DNA from: an uncultured archaeon
GTDB taxonomy: Archaea > Asgardarchaeota > Lokiarchaeia > Sigyniarchaeales > SOKP01
NCBI GenBank assembly: GCA_964486045.1
Contig: CAZALK010000011.1
Coordinates: 112,526 to 176,525 of the forward strand
DNA: 64,000 nucleotides
Reading direction: 5' to 3'
A program made the position numbers and the translations under genes. The notes beneath the pieces were generated by a model. It did no database searches. It saw nothing but the letters and a program-made list of their open reading frames with translations, and was not told where the DNA came from. Shown piece by piece: positions 1-10,460 of this stretch (position 1 is the stretch's first letter; each line of letters begins with the position of its first letter).

Positions 1-1
1 T

Positions 2-115
2 CGGGAATATGGTTTACCGGCGGTATCACTTCCAAACGCCTTAAAACTCATCAATGATGGATCTATTATTTCTCTTGACGGCAACAGTGGTGAAATTCGG
101 TTAATTTCCGAGTAG
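2..115 (+). CDS. 3' end of a PEP-utilising enzyme (mobile phosphohistidine domain), partial
   Basis: Manual translation REYGLPAVSLPNALKLINDGSIISLDGNSGEIRLISE*; REYGLPAV...DG..G is the typical C-terminal signature. Confidence 0.75.
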   Translation, partial: REYGLPAVSLPNALKLINDGSIISLDGNSGEIRLISE

Positions 116-315
116 GTGATGAATTTGGAAAAATTAATTTAATAAAAGAGAAAATAAATGTGTATTGAATATGGGTTTAGAGTGCCATTATGAATATTAG
201 CAGGTAGAAATGTATTTATTACAAACGATGGAGGAAAAGAAACTTGACAATTCTTTTGAAATAAATTAATTACAGACCAATCAACGACCCATATGCTCAT
301 GAATATTGTCAGTTG

Positions 316-654
316 CTAGAATCTCCACCCAGAACAGAACATACATTTCTCTTGCTCTGCGATCCAAGCTTCAATTCCGAGTTCTTTCATCCTTTTCATA
401 TTTTCTACAGTTTGTTCGTGGTGATCATAGCCATCGGAAGCAAAATCCTCCAGCTTCCGACAAAGAAACTCATCACAGTCGATACAATATCGATGACCCT
501 TTTCTCGTGCACAAGGCAATATTACACAATCAATGCTCTCGTGAACCTCAAGCGGACGACTTCCACACTCGATTTCACATTTCTTGGTGTGATAATCAGG
601 ACATTTCGCACAGTTTAATCCACAAATAGATATATCCCATTCTTCAGTTCCCAT
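316..654 (-). CDS. Small Cys-rich protein (DUF3795-like)
   Basis: SICGLNCAKC, C..CG and CAREKGHRYCIDCDEFLC pattern. Confidence 0.7.
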   Translation of the reverse strand: MGTEEWDISICGLNCAKCPDYHTKKCEIECGSRPLEVHESIDCVILPCAREKGHRYCIDCDEFLCRKLEDFASDGYDHHEQTVENMKRMKELGIEAWIAEQEKCMFCSGWRF

Positions 655-744
655 GAATCCAATTCATTTCGTTTTGTATTTTTGTATGATTTTAATGATT
701 TTATTAGTTTTCTACTATAATATGATTTTCGATATTAACACCTA

Positions 745-1554
745 TTACTCTAAACCTACGACATCTAAAGGTGCGCGAGGAGGAGTGCGATAATATTTGA
801 CTGCAGGGTAACCAATTGTCATTACTCCATTAAGTTGCCCCTCTAATCCGATAACTTTCATCATTTCTTTATTCATTCCTAAACCATGAGCATTTCCTAT
901 CCAACATGTTGCTAAACCGAGTGTGTGTGCGGCAAGCTGACCATATGTGAGCACAATTCCTGCATCATGTGGGGGCATCGAAGCCCACTTACTCGTAGCA
1001 TGAAATATTACTGTTGGAGCACCAAGAAAAATGGGATCACTATCAACTGAACTAAAATATTTCAATGCCGCTTCTGCAGAAGGCCATCCTAAATAACGAT
1101 ACATTATTTTAATTGATTCCTGACTTAATGTTTTTATTGTTGAAGGGTCAGAAATTACTGAAAATTTCCATGCTCTCCGATTATCCGCACTTGAAGCATA
1201 ACGCATAGCTTCAAAAACTTTTTTAAGTAACTCTTGGGGAACATTTTTAATTTTATATTGGCGTATAGATCTCTTAGCTCTTAATAATTGCATTAATTTT
1301 TCATAAGATACATTATATTCGTAGTTTTCTACACCCGGATAAGATTCCACATCATCTTCCCAGTTTCCTTCCCACAATATAGCATTCTCTTTACAAATCG
1401 CGACACATTTTCCACAAAAATTACATCGCTTCATTTCATCAGCAAGACGAATTATTTTCCCAGAAGAATCTTCCTTAAAAAGACCTCTAGTGCAATCAGA
1501 TACGCATCTTTTACAAACAGAGCATTTTTCATAATTTATTCCAACTATAGACAT
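745..1554 (-). CDS. Nitroreductase family protein with N-terminal 2x[4Fe-4S] ferredoxin domain
   Basis: Two CxxCxxCxxxC motifs; KRSIRQY; ASSADN; LGLATCWIG. Confidence 0.9.
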   Translation of the reverse strand: MSIVGINYEKCSVCKRCVSDCTRGLFKEDSSGKIIRLADEMKRCNFCGKCVAICKENAILWEGNWEDDVESYPGVENYEYNVSYEKLMQLLRAKRSIRQYKIKNVPQELLKKVFEAMRYASSADNRRAWKFSVISDPSTIKTLSQESIKIMYRYLGWPSAEAALKYFSSVDSDPIFLGAPTVIFHATSKWASMPPHDAGIVLTYGQLAAHTLGLATCWIGNAHGLGMNKEMMKVIGLEGQLNGVMTIGYPAVKYYRTPPRAPLDVVGLE

Positions 1555-1859
1555 AAGAATTAAGTCGGTTTTAAATGATTTAAACTTTTTCTTAAAGTTT
1601 TATGACATATTTCGATGGGGAACCTGTAATTTTTTATTGAAACTATTAAAGAATTTAAGCTTTGAAAAAGTGGATTTAATTGATTTTAAAATTGAGTCTA
1701 GATTAAACTTTTTATTTCCTAAAAGCTATTTATTTTAGGAATTTGAATTAAGGTGTAGAAATTATAATTTATTAAAGGTAAAAATAAGTATTTAGTATTT
1801 TTCGCATATAATAATTTATTTCAAAATCAATTAAATTTTGAGTAAAGAGGCTAAAAATT

Positions 1860-3047
1860 ATGAAAAGTAATAGTAGATGGCAACTGAAATGCATTTTAGC
1901 CCTAATTCTTTTTATTAACTTCACATTCTATTTTTCAAATATATATCTGTATAAAAACGGTGTAGTTTCAGTTAAATACCCTAAATCCCAAAATATTTTA
2001 GATAATCGCATATTTTCTGAAAGCAGTCCATTTAATATTAAAATTCCTGAAAATGTAGCAATAGATTCTTTTTCAGAGAGTTATGTGAATGCTATTACTG
2101 ATTCTTTTACTGATATGCTTGTAGTAGCTTTAGGAAATTGGTCAGTTCCTATATTTTTCGCAGATTCTTCTACAACTTCTTATGATGTAAACATAACGGA
2201 TCCCAATTGGGGGTTTATAATGGATGGTGTGCCAATTCCAGATAATGCAGCTCCAGATCCTGAGGAAGACGGACATATGTGTATCATTGATAACTCATCA
2301 GGGATCGAATATGACTTTTGGCAAGCGGAAAAACAAGGGAATACGTGGAGTGCCTCTTGGGGAAATAATATCTCTATTTATAGTACTGGAACATATCCAT
2401 GGGGTGCTGGAGCTAGAGCTTCAGGTTTTGCTTTAACTGCTGGTTTAATTCTTCCTAAAGAATTTGAGCAAGGAATTATTGACCATGCCTTAGTGTTTTC
2501 ACTTGATCCATCTCTTGTAAAACAAGGTGGTCCTATACTACCTGCAACCGATAGTGATGGATATTCATCTGATCCTTTTGCTCTCCCCGAAGGAGCTCGT
2601 TTGCAGCTTGATCCTTCAATTAATTTAGATTATCGTAATTTAACGTCCAGTGAAAAAATAATCGCTAAAGTATTGCAGGAATATGGCATGATCCTTGGAG
2701 ACATCGGGGGTGGAAGTCCAGAAATCTATGCTGCTAATCCGATCGGGGATACAGGAGGTTGGGAAAATTTCCTAAGCGTTGATTCAGATGGACTTGTATA
2801 TTTATTTGAAGATAAAATCTCTATCGCCGAATTTAGAGTTCTAAAAATGAGTCAACAATATCCAAATCCACCAGATGATCCCTGGGAAGATGAACCACTC
2901 CCTCCTTATGAAATTTATATAACATCACCAGAGTCAATTCCAGGATACAATACATCATTATTTTTTTTATTTCTTTTACTAGGTATGATAGTTAAAATAA
3001 AAAACCCCCGCAATAGAAAAAGTGTGGTTCTTGACGAAATAACTTAG
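1860..3047 (+). CDS. Secreted/surface protein with C-terminal IPGY + TM + basic tail (Loki-CTERM-like anchor)
   Basis: N-terminal hydrophobic signal, acidic/Pro-rich linker, ESIPGYNTSLFFLFLLLGMIVKIK. Confidence 0.7.
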   Translation: MKSNSRWQLKCILALILFINFTFYFSNIYLYKNGVVSVKYPKSQNILDNRIFSESSPFNIKIPENVAIDSFSESYVNAITDSFTDMLVVALGNWSVPIFFADSSTTSYDVNITDPNWGFIMDGVPIPDNAAPDPEEDGHMCIIDNSSGIEYDFWQAEKQGNTWSASWGNNISIYSTGTYPWGAGARASGFALTAGLILPKEFEQGIIDHALVFSLDPSLVKQGGPILPATDSDGYSSDPFALPEGARLQLDPSINLDYRNLTSSEKIIAKVLQEYGMILGDIGGGSPEIYAANPIGDTGGWENFLSVDSDGLVYLFEDKISIAEFRVLKMSQQYPNPPDDPWEDEPLPPYEIYITSPESIPGYNTSLFFLFLLLGMIVKIKNPRNRKSVVLDEIT

Positions 3048-3096
3048 TTTATACTATTTATGAGGTCAAATAAGAATTAAAGAAAAGAAGTTAGAA

Positions 3097-3606
3097 TTGA
3101 TGGTAGTAAAGGAAGTATTAATGCTGGGTAACCCTAAATTAAGAGAAATATCATCTGATATTAATAAATTCAACGATGAATATAGAAAAAATCTTCAAGA
3201 TCTGCGGGAGACACTTATATATCTCCAAGATACAAAAAAATTAGGGAGGGCTATCGCAGCACCGCAAATTGGTGTTATGAAGAATTTAATATATTTTCAA
3301 TTAGCAGAAAGAAAATTTTATATGTTAAATCCTAGAATTACATGGAGAAGTGAGGAATTGATTAATGTATGGGACAGTTGTTATAGTTTTGATATCAGGT
3401 TCTTCGTAGAAATTACAAGGAATAAAAGTATAAGAGTTGAATATCAAGATGAAAATGGTAATTCTATTAGTAAGGATTTTTCAGATGATCTTTCTGAATT
3501 AGTTCAGCATGAAATAGATCATCTTCATGGGATACTAGCAACGGATCATTTAAAAGATGTAAAAGGAATAATAATGAGAAGTGAATGGGAAAAGAGGTTT
3601 AAGTAA
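3097..3606 (+). CDS. def: Peptide deformylase family protein
   Basis: GRAIAAPQIG, DSCYS (EGCLS variant), QHEIDHLHG. Confidence 0.85.
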   Translation: MMVVKEVLMLGNPKLREISSDINKFNDEYRKNLQDLRETLIYLQDTKKLGRAIAAPQIGVMKNLIYFQLAERKFYMLNPRITWRSEELINVWDSCYSFDIRFFVEITRNKSIRVEYQDENGNSISKDFSDDLSELVQHEIDHLHGILATDHLKDVKGIIMRSEWEKRFK

Positions 3607-3607
3607 T

Positions 3608-4294
3608 GTGAAAAGAATAGGAATTTTAGGTGGTATGTCTTATGAATCTACCATAAAATATTATAAATTAATACTCCAAAAACATTATGAAAAATTCAGT
3701 GACTATAATTATCCTGAAATTATTATTTTTAGTCTAAACTTTCAACAAGTTATTGATTATGAACTGAGTGATGATAAAATTGCTTACATAGAGTATCTGA
3801 TCAGTGCTATTAAATCATTGGAAAATGCTGGTGCTAACTTCGTAATAATGGCCGCAAATTCACCACACGCTGTGTATGAGGAATTAGAGGGATTTGCTAA
3901 AGTCCCGATTCTAAGCATAGTTAAAACTACAATAAAAAAAGCACTAGCTGAAAATATGAAGACTCTACTCTTATTGGGTACAAAATTTACAATGCAATCT
4001 ACATTTTATCAAGAGTATTCAAGAAGGTTAGGTATCAATGTTATTACACCGTCACTTCAAGAGCAGGGTGAAATAGATAAAATTATATTTAGTGAATTAG
4101 TAATAGGTATTAATAAACTCGAATCTAAGAAGAAAATACTTGAAATAATTGACTCCTATAATATAGATGGAGTGATTTTAGGATGCACTGAATTACCTTT
4201 AATTTTAAGTCAAAAAGACACAAAAATCAAGCTGTTAGACACTCTAGAGCTTCACGTGGAAGCTGCTTTTACCTACTATTTATTTATCCCATAG
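3608..4294 (+). CDS. Aspartate/glutamate racemase family protein
   Basis: KRIGILGGMSYEST, AANSPH, LLGTKFTM, ILGCTELP; likely GTG start at 3608 just after the def stop. Confidence 0.9.
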   Translation: MKRIGILGGMSYESTIKYYKLILQKHYEKFSDYNYPEIIIFSLNFQQVIDYELSDDKIAYIEYLISAIKSLENAGANFVIMAANSPHAVYEELEGFAKVPILSIVKTTIKKALAENMKTLLLLGTKFTMQSTFYQEYSRRLGINVITPSLQEQGEIDKIIFSELVIGINKLESKKKILEIIDSYNIDGVILGCTELPLILSQKDTKIKLLDTLELHVEAAFTYYLFIP

Positions 4295-4357
4295 TTGTTT
4301 ATAAGTTTTTTTAACTTCCAAATCTTATCTATTATACTCAAATATTATTGGTAATCT

Positions 4358-6628
4358 ATTATCAAACGATCTAAACTTACTGCTGTAAAATTCAAGGATC
4401 TAGCACCTATTATAATAGTAATGCTATTGCTTTTTATTTCAACCTCAGTTTCTAGTATGTTGATTCCTAGTTATGCTACAATTCGAATTGAATTTAATAT
4501 TCCAGAAGCATTAATAGCAATCCCAGATGCATTTTTTGTATTAATAAGTGCATTTTTTGCTCTATTTTGGGGATATTGGGCCGATAAAATTGATAGAAAG
4601 AAAGTAGTAATCGCAGGAGCGTTTTCTTGGACAGTTGGGATGATAATAACGGCATTTTCCCCAAATTTTTTAGTGCTTGTAATTTCTAGAATGTCAAGTG
4701 GAGCAGGACTGGGTTGCGTATTGCCTGTTGGATATTCAATTATTTCAGATGCAATTCCTGCAGAAGAAAGATCAGGTTGGTTTGGTACACTTGCGATATT
4801 AAGCTCCATATCAAACGGTGCTGGTCAGGGTTTATCAGCTTTTTTAGGCCCTATTTTATCCTGGAGATTTCCATTTCTTTTACTTGCAATAATTAGCGTA
4901 ATTATTATCATTATTCTCTTCTTTGTAAAAATACCTCAACGTGGGGCAAGTGAAGGTGAACTATTAGATTTAATGGAATTAAATTTAGAATATAGTTATC
5001 GAATTTCAAAGGAAGACATAGGAGTTATCATAAGAAAGAAGACAAATCTCTATTTAATAATGCAAGGATTTTTTTCTGTGATCCCCGGAACCGTGCTTGT
5101 TTATTTTACAACCTCAATGTTAATTACTGATTTTTTTAATAATATACCTAATCAAATTCAACTACAAACGGCTACAATCTTTGCTGGTATGATCGGTGTA
5201 GGTTATCTTCTTGGTAACGCTGTTTTTGCTCGTTTAGGGGATAGTTTATTCCGTAGAAATAAAAAAAATAGGGCTAGATTGGCAACATTTTGTCTCATTT
5301 TTTCTATTCCTTTTGCAATTATATTACTGATTTCTTTACGTCCAATCAATGTTGGTAACTTAAATATTAATTATCCCATTCCTATTCCCCCAGATCAAGT
5401 AGGAGCCTTCATTCTTCAGACTATTGGGGCGATATTCGTGGCTTATCCCTCATATATTATTTTTTTCATATTTGCTATAATGGCTTCGATGTTGGGGGCA
5501 GGACCAGTTGCTAATAGAAATGCAGTGATGATAGATGTTAATATGCCTGAACATAAGGGGTCCGCAGCTTCTTTTTTCAAACTTTCAGAACAAATAAGTA
5601 AGGGTATAACCCTTCTAATATCCTATACTCTCATTTCGATACTCGGTAGTATTTTTAATATGATGTTTATAACAATCTTCTTTTGGCTTCCCGCAGCTTT
5701 ATTGTGGTTTCTTGCAAGCAAAAACGTGGAAAAAGATATGACTTATAAATCAAGAATTTTATCAGAAAGAAAACAGGTAAGTTTAATAGATTACATTTTT
5801 GAATTAGAAATCCAGATGGATAGAGCTATTCAAAAAGTACAAGATTCAAAATATTATATTCGAACAAACCAAGATAAATTTAATAAATTACTCGATGATG
5901 CATTAATAATCTTTAAATTTTGCGAACGTGAAGGTGTATTAAGAAGTATCACAAATATAGAGAAGAAAGCACACATAATGCACTTGAGAGTTCTACTAAT
6001 TAAACATGAGACCAATATTATATATAAAAACCTTAAGAATCCAAATTTAACTGTCAATGAAATAGACAATTTGATAAAAGAACTAAGTCAAAAATATACT
6101 AAGATTAGTGAATGGGAAAAAAGTACATTTGGAGAAATCCAAACCTATTATGAGGATGCGAGCTTAAAAATCATTGAAGCGAGATTAAATCGGAAAAAAC
6201 ATTTACTTGTAGGTTTGAGGAAAATATCCGAAGCAATTAAAATCTATGAGCGAGTGAAGTATTTGCTTAATGAACGACTCGAAATTGTTGAGGAAAAACC
6301 TGAATTATCTGAGGATGAAGCGATAATAAAAGATAAGGAACAAGAACTTCTTAATAACTGTGTTCAATACTTGAATGCAACAACAAAACTAAAGGAAGAA
6401 ATAGAATTTACTTTTAAACAATTAGAACAAAAAGGCATTGAGGTTGAAGATTTAAGAAAAATTTCTGATCTTACTCAAGAGTATAATGTAGATCTTTATG
6501 ATATCATTTTGGATACATTCAAGCAAGATCCTCTAACAAAATATGCTCTCCTCGATACATTAGAAACAATAGATGATATATTTAAGCAGTATGATAACTG
6601 GAAGGAACTAGATCAAACTGTATTTTAA
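4358..6628 (+). CDS. MFS transporter fused to a ~300-aa soluble helical C-terminal domain
   Basis: GYWADKIDRK MFS motif A and ~12 TMs, then a charged helical tail; frame open upstream of ATG 4421 to ATT 4358/ATC 4361, which completes TM1. Confidence 0.8.
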   Translation: MIKRSKLTAVKFKDLAPIIIVMLLLFISTSVSSMLIPSYATIRIEFNIPEALIAIPDAFFVLISAFFALFWGYWADKIDRKKVVIAGAFSWTVGMIITAFSPNFLVLVISRMSSGAGLGCVLPVGYSIISDAIPAEERSGWFGTLAILSSISNGAGQGLSAFLGPILSWRFPFLLLAIISVIIIIILFFVKIPQRGASEGELLDLMELNLEYSYRISKEDIGVIIRKKTNLYLIMQGFFSVIPGTVLVYFTTSMLITDFFNNIPNQIQLQTATIFAGMIGVGYLLGNAVFARLGDSLFRRNKKNRARLATFCLIFSIPFAIILLISLRPINVGNLNINYPIPIPPDQVGAFILQTIGAIFVAYPSYIIFFIFAIMASMLGAGPVANRNAVMIDVNMPEHKGSAASFFKLSEQISKGITLLISYTLISILGSIFNMMFITIFFWLPAALLWFLASKNVEKDMTYKSRILSERKQVSLIDYIFELEIQMDRAIQKVQDSKYYIRTNQDKFNKLLDDALIIFKFCEREGVLRSITNIEKKAHIMHLRVLLIKHETNIIYKNLKNPNLTVNEIDNLIKELSQKYTKISEWEKSTFGEIQTYYEDASLKIIEARLNRKKHLLVGLRKISEAIKIYERVKYLLNERLEIVEEKPELSEDEAIIKDKEQELLNNCVQYLNATTKLKEEIEFTFKQLEQKGIEVEDLRKISDLTQEYNVDLYDIILDTFKQDPLTKYALLDTLETIDDIFKQYDNWKELDQTVF

Positions 6629-6633
6629 ATGAT

Positions 6634-6900
6634 CTAGTTGTTGCACTCCCCTCTTAATAATTCAAACATCTGAAATCTTTCATTTTCTGTTAGCTCCTTA
6701 GGTTTTTTTCCCCTTTTATCTAAATAATCACCGTACCCTTCATTAAAACTTAAGTTAACTAGAAATAACAAACAATTTCTGACTCTCAAAGCGTTTGATA
6801 ATTCATCTTCGAGATCTTTCATTAGCTCTATGATAACCTTATATTTCGTTACCCAACCGTTGCTATTTGCCTCTAAGATTTTATCGAAACAATCTCCCAT
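6634..6900 (-). CDS. Hypothetical protein
   Basis: 88-aa ATG ORF, convergent with the MFS gene. Confidence 0.55.
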   Translation of the reverse strand: MGDCFDKILEANSNGWVTKYKVIIELMKDLEDELSNALRVRNCLLFLVNLSFNEGYGDYLDKRGKKPKELTENERFQMFELLRGECNN

Positions 6901-7067
6901 TTTTACGATGTAATTTTAAATTATTTTCCTAAAACTATACCATCTAAAGATCCTAAGCAATCACATAAAGATTCGTGAATTTAAAAGTATCTGTTGTCGT
7001 TTTAGTCAAATTACAAAGTGAAAAAAAAAATAGTTTGCAAAAATAGGTCATAAAATATTTATCGCAA

Positions 7068-7619
7068 TTAAAATGCTTCAATATCTTGAACAAAAGTTTC
7101 TATTTTTTGCTCTAAATCAACAATATCATCAACATCCTTAATTTCTGATGAGGCGAGTTTGTTTAAAAACTCTTTCAATAATTTTTCTTTCCCCTTATCT
7201 GTTGGAAACAAAAGGCTACTTTTATAATGCTCCCAATCTAAGATATTAGTAAAAATTAAAAATAAAACTTCGATGTGGCTAAAATCTAATAGTCTTTGGA
7301 GCTTATCTTTAGTTATTAATAATTTTGTGTGATCCGTATAAAAATCTGACAAATCATCATAATAATTAGTAATCCTGGCAATATTATCTAACTGAGAACG
7401 CAGTGCTGCTTGGTTAATGGGGCTTTCCTCATCCTTATACAAGATATCAAAGTAATTCATAATAAACTCTTTTAATCTTTGTAGTTTGGTTTGGAAAACT
7501 CTAGTTTTTACAATACGCTCAAACATTGGTGATTCACGATCAGAATAGAATTTTAACTCGAACTTTACTATATCTAAAATGTCAAAAAACAATTCTCTTA
7601 TGTCAATCTCTTCACTCAT
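7068..7619 (-). CDS. Hypothetical acidic helical protein
   Basis: 183-aa ORF with typical composition. Confidence 0.7.
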   Translation of the reverse strand: MSEEIDIRELFFDILDIVKFELKFYSDRESPMFERIVKTRVFQTKLQRLKEFIMNYFDILYKDEESPINQAALRSQLDNIARITNYYDDLSDFYTDHTKLLITKDKLQRLLDFSHIEVLFLIFTNILDWEHYKSSLLFPTDKGKEKLLKEFLNKLASSEIKDVDDIVDLEQKIETFVQDIEAF

Positions 7620-7786
7620 AATCAGTCACTATCAGATTCTAAAACTAGCAGTATTACAATTCTAAATAAATTCACAGATATTTATATTTTTATATTTAAG
7701 AATTAATTCTCTTTATCATTAAATTCTTAACGGAAAAGTGCGATCAGGAATGATTGGTTCTATTTTCCTAGAGATAACATGTGAAC

Positions 7787-8689
7787 TTATTTTTCATTTA
7801 TTAATTTTTGATAGGCTATAGCTTTCAAGTGAATTTTAACAATTCGAATAGGGCACCGGAGCATAAAGTTCATATCATCAATAGGTGCTTTCCTGAAATT
7901 TATGAATTTTGAGTAGAACTTTTTTGCTCTTTTTTGAGACCTAGGTTTTTCCAAAGAAATAAACCTTTTGGTAATTGTTTTCAGTGGTTTCGTATCTCTA
8001 TAACAATAAAAGTTAGAAGCTTTCAAAGCCCATTTTATAGCCTCTAACTGATATTTCGTGGGATCAAGCTTTCTAAACAAAGATATGATGATTGAGAAAA
8101 ATGAAATCATAAGGTTCATTATCGTACTTTTAATCATTTCAAAAAAAGTAATTTGAATTTTAGACCTGAGTTTCTCTCTTAGATCCTCTCCGTACAAAGT
8201 CGTGCTATTGGAGAGAATAATGCCCAAAACTATATTACGCGGAGCAAAAGCAGCTGAAAATACTTTATTGACTCTAAAAATTTTATGAAAATTCCCTTCC
8301 TCCCAATATTTTTTTTTGGTTAAAAAATGGCTAACAAAAATACCTGTGGTTTGCTGGATTACACCCATAATCTTCTTGGTCAACTTAGTGTTAAACTCTC
8401 GGAATTTATGTTTGATTTCCAGAGCAATAAAATATTTTTCAATCTCTTTTATATGATGATTAGTGACTCGATCCTTGAATATTATAAGTATATCACAATC
8501 AGATACTTCAGTGACTTCACTTTTTGCTCTTTGACTTCCAAAAAGGATCATTGATAATATCTTATTTATTCCAATCTCTTTATTAACAAGATTCAGAATA
8601 TCCTTAATATAATTGCGTGATTGTTCATTTATATCTCTTAAATTCTCTTCAATCTTTTTTGTGCTCTTTATAATGCTCGTATCTTGCAC
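7787..8689 (-). CDS. Nucleotidyltransferase (Pol-beta superfamily) domain protein
   Basis: ILFGS...SDCDILII motif. Confidence 0.75.
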   Translation of the reverse strand: MQDTSIIKSTKKIEENLRDINEQSRNYIKDILNLVNKEIGINKILSMILFGSQRAKSEVTEVSDCDILIIFKDRVTNHHIKEIEKYFIALEIKHKFREFNTKLTKKIMGVIQQTTGIFVSHFLTKKKYWEEGNFHKIFRVNKVFSAAFAPRNIVLGIILSNSTTLYGEDLREKLRSKIQITFFEMIKSTIMNLMISFFSIIISLFRKLDPTKYQLEAIKWALKASNFYCYRDTKPLKTITKRFISLEKPRSQKRAKKFYSKFINFRKAPIDDMNFMLRCPIRIVKIHLKAIAYQKLINEK

Positions 8690-8791
8690 TTCGAATCAAT
8701 TATCCATTGTAATTGTACTTGATGAGAATTATTACGTTTATTAATAATAAAAAAATTAATTAAAGATATAATTTGAATAAATCTTTCCATT

Positions 8792-9238
8792 TTATTTATC
8801 AAGATTGTAGGCTGTTTGAAATCCTTCGTGTATCGCATCCATCATTGTACGTTTTTTCTTATCTTTGTCGTTACAATCTCCCACTCTATATATCTTATAT
8901 GATGGATTTGAAGCTTCTGCTTTATCGTATAGATCGGTATTGGGTTTTACTCCAGTCGCTAAAATAAATGTATCAATATCATCTAGTGTATTCTTTTCAC
9001 CTTCAAGTTCATATTCTATGGATTTTCCTTCGAGTTTTGTGATATTTGCTCCCGTAATAGTCTTTATACCCATTTTCATCGTATGGCCAATCATGAAACC
9101 ACGGGTGGTCCTACCGAGATTAAGTCCTAATTTAGGAAGTTTTTCAATAATAATTTCCCCTTTTTTCTCAAGAATCGTTACATTATGACTAGCGGTGGTA
9201 AAATGTGCATTTTCTGTATGAAAGGTATAATCACTCAA
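8792..9238 (-). pseudogene. Truncated, internally deleted paralog of the 10461-12488 flavin oxidoreductase
   Basis: HNVTILEKK joined almost directly to IIEKLPKLGLNLGRTTRGFMIGH...TAYNLDK, matching two separated segments of the full gene. Confidence 0.8.
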
Positions 9239-9445
9239 ACTGTTTTTGGTATTTTAGATTTTGTTAATTTATTATAAATTTTAGGTAGTGAAACTATATT
9301 AGCTTTTCTTTTTGTAGCAAGTCAAACAAGAACGATTATACAATTTCTTTTATCGGACTTCCTTAATTTAAGCTTCCTCATTATCAAGTTCATAAGTCTT
9401 TGAACTTATCTTCTGATAAATTTAAAAGAGAAGGCTAGAAGAATA

Positions 9446-9685
9446 TTGGAATTCGGTTTTGAGGATCTTTATTATTACTCTTTTGTGCTTGGTCCTAACC
9501 GTTATTATGAAAAACGATTAAGCAAAGCTGAAAAGATTAAAGTTGTAATGTCTAATATGGAATTTAATATTAGAATGTATGAGAAATATAAAAAACATAA
9601 AAACAATAGATATGATAAAAAAGAATTAAACTATAATCAATGGATTCTAATCTCCCAAATCGAATATATTAAGAAAAATAATTGA
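9446..9685 (+). CDS. Short basic ORF or gene fragment within a dispersed repeat
   Basis: YEKRLSKAEKI...KHKNNRYDKKELNYNQW has a second copy at 60592-60777 (-). Confidence 0.45.
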   Translation: MEFGFEDLYYYSFVLGPNRYYEKRLSKAEKIKVVMSNMEFNIRMYEKYKKHKNNRYDKKELNYNQWILISQIEYIKKNN

Positions 9686-10120
9686 AATCACTTTCTTTTT
9701 TTTTCCTTTTTCTTCCTGTAATAAGCTATAATTTTTTGAAAGCGTTAAACAAAAACAGAATGATAAAATCCCTTTCTAATACTGTAATAAAGGAAGGACG
9801 ATGGGAACTAAGATAAAAAATTAATCTTAATTATCTCAACTTTTACGGCTTCAAATCGTGGTTTAGGTAAAGTCTTGGTTAATATTGGGCTTGGGAGAGA
9901 AATATTAACATCTACCCCATGGCGTGGGGATATCATAGAAAAGGAGAAGGTTAAATTGTAAACTATTAATTCCTCCTGAACTTATATCTTTTTTTTATTC
10001 TCGAAGCACAAAACAAACAAAATAGAATGATAAAATCCTTTTTAATATTTAAAGAAGAACAAAGGGGAATAATATGAATTATGTTCCTATCTTTCTTCTT
10101 GCATTGATTACTAATTCTAA
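9500..10120 (+). repeat. Dispersed mosaic repeat, copy 1 (inverted homolog at ~60180-60840)
   Basis: Four blocks align by eye to the reverse complement of 60180-60840. Confidence 0.8.
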
Positions 10121-10460
10121 GCGCATTAGGTAGTGATTTTTATCGATACAAAGCTTGAAAAATTTTAACTATTAAGTTTATCGGCTAATGAATTTATATG
10201 ACTCTCTCTTGAAAAATTCTTTGAAGATGACATCAGAAAATATGGCTTAAATAGAGTCTCTGTAGAGAATTTAAAATTACTAATATTTATAATATTTAAT
10301 GGGGTATGTGTAAAATCCTATCAATTTTTGCTTTACATGGGGTATAATTAGGAAAAATAGTAAATGGTGATCGTAAACACTAAAAATTTTAAAAAATTTA
10401 AAACTCATTGAAAATTTAAAGCTAGTAATAATTGAAAATTAAAAAGGAAAAATGTAAATT

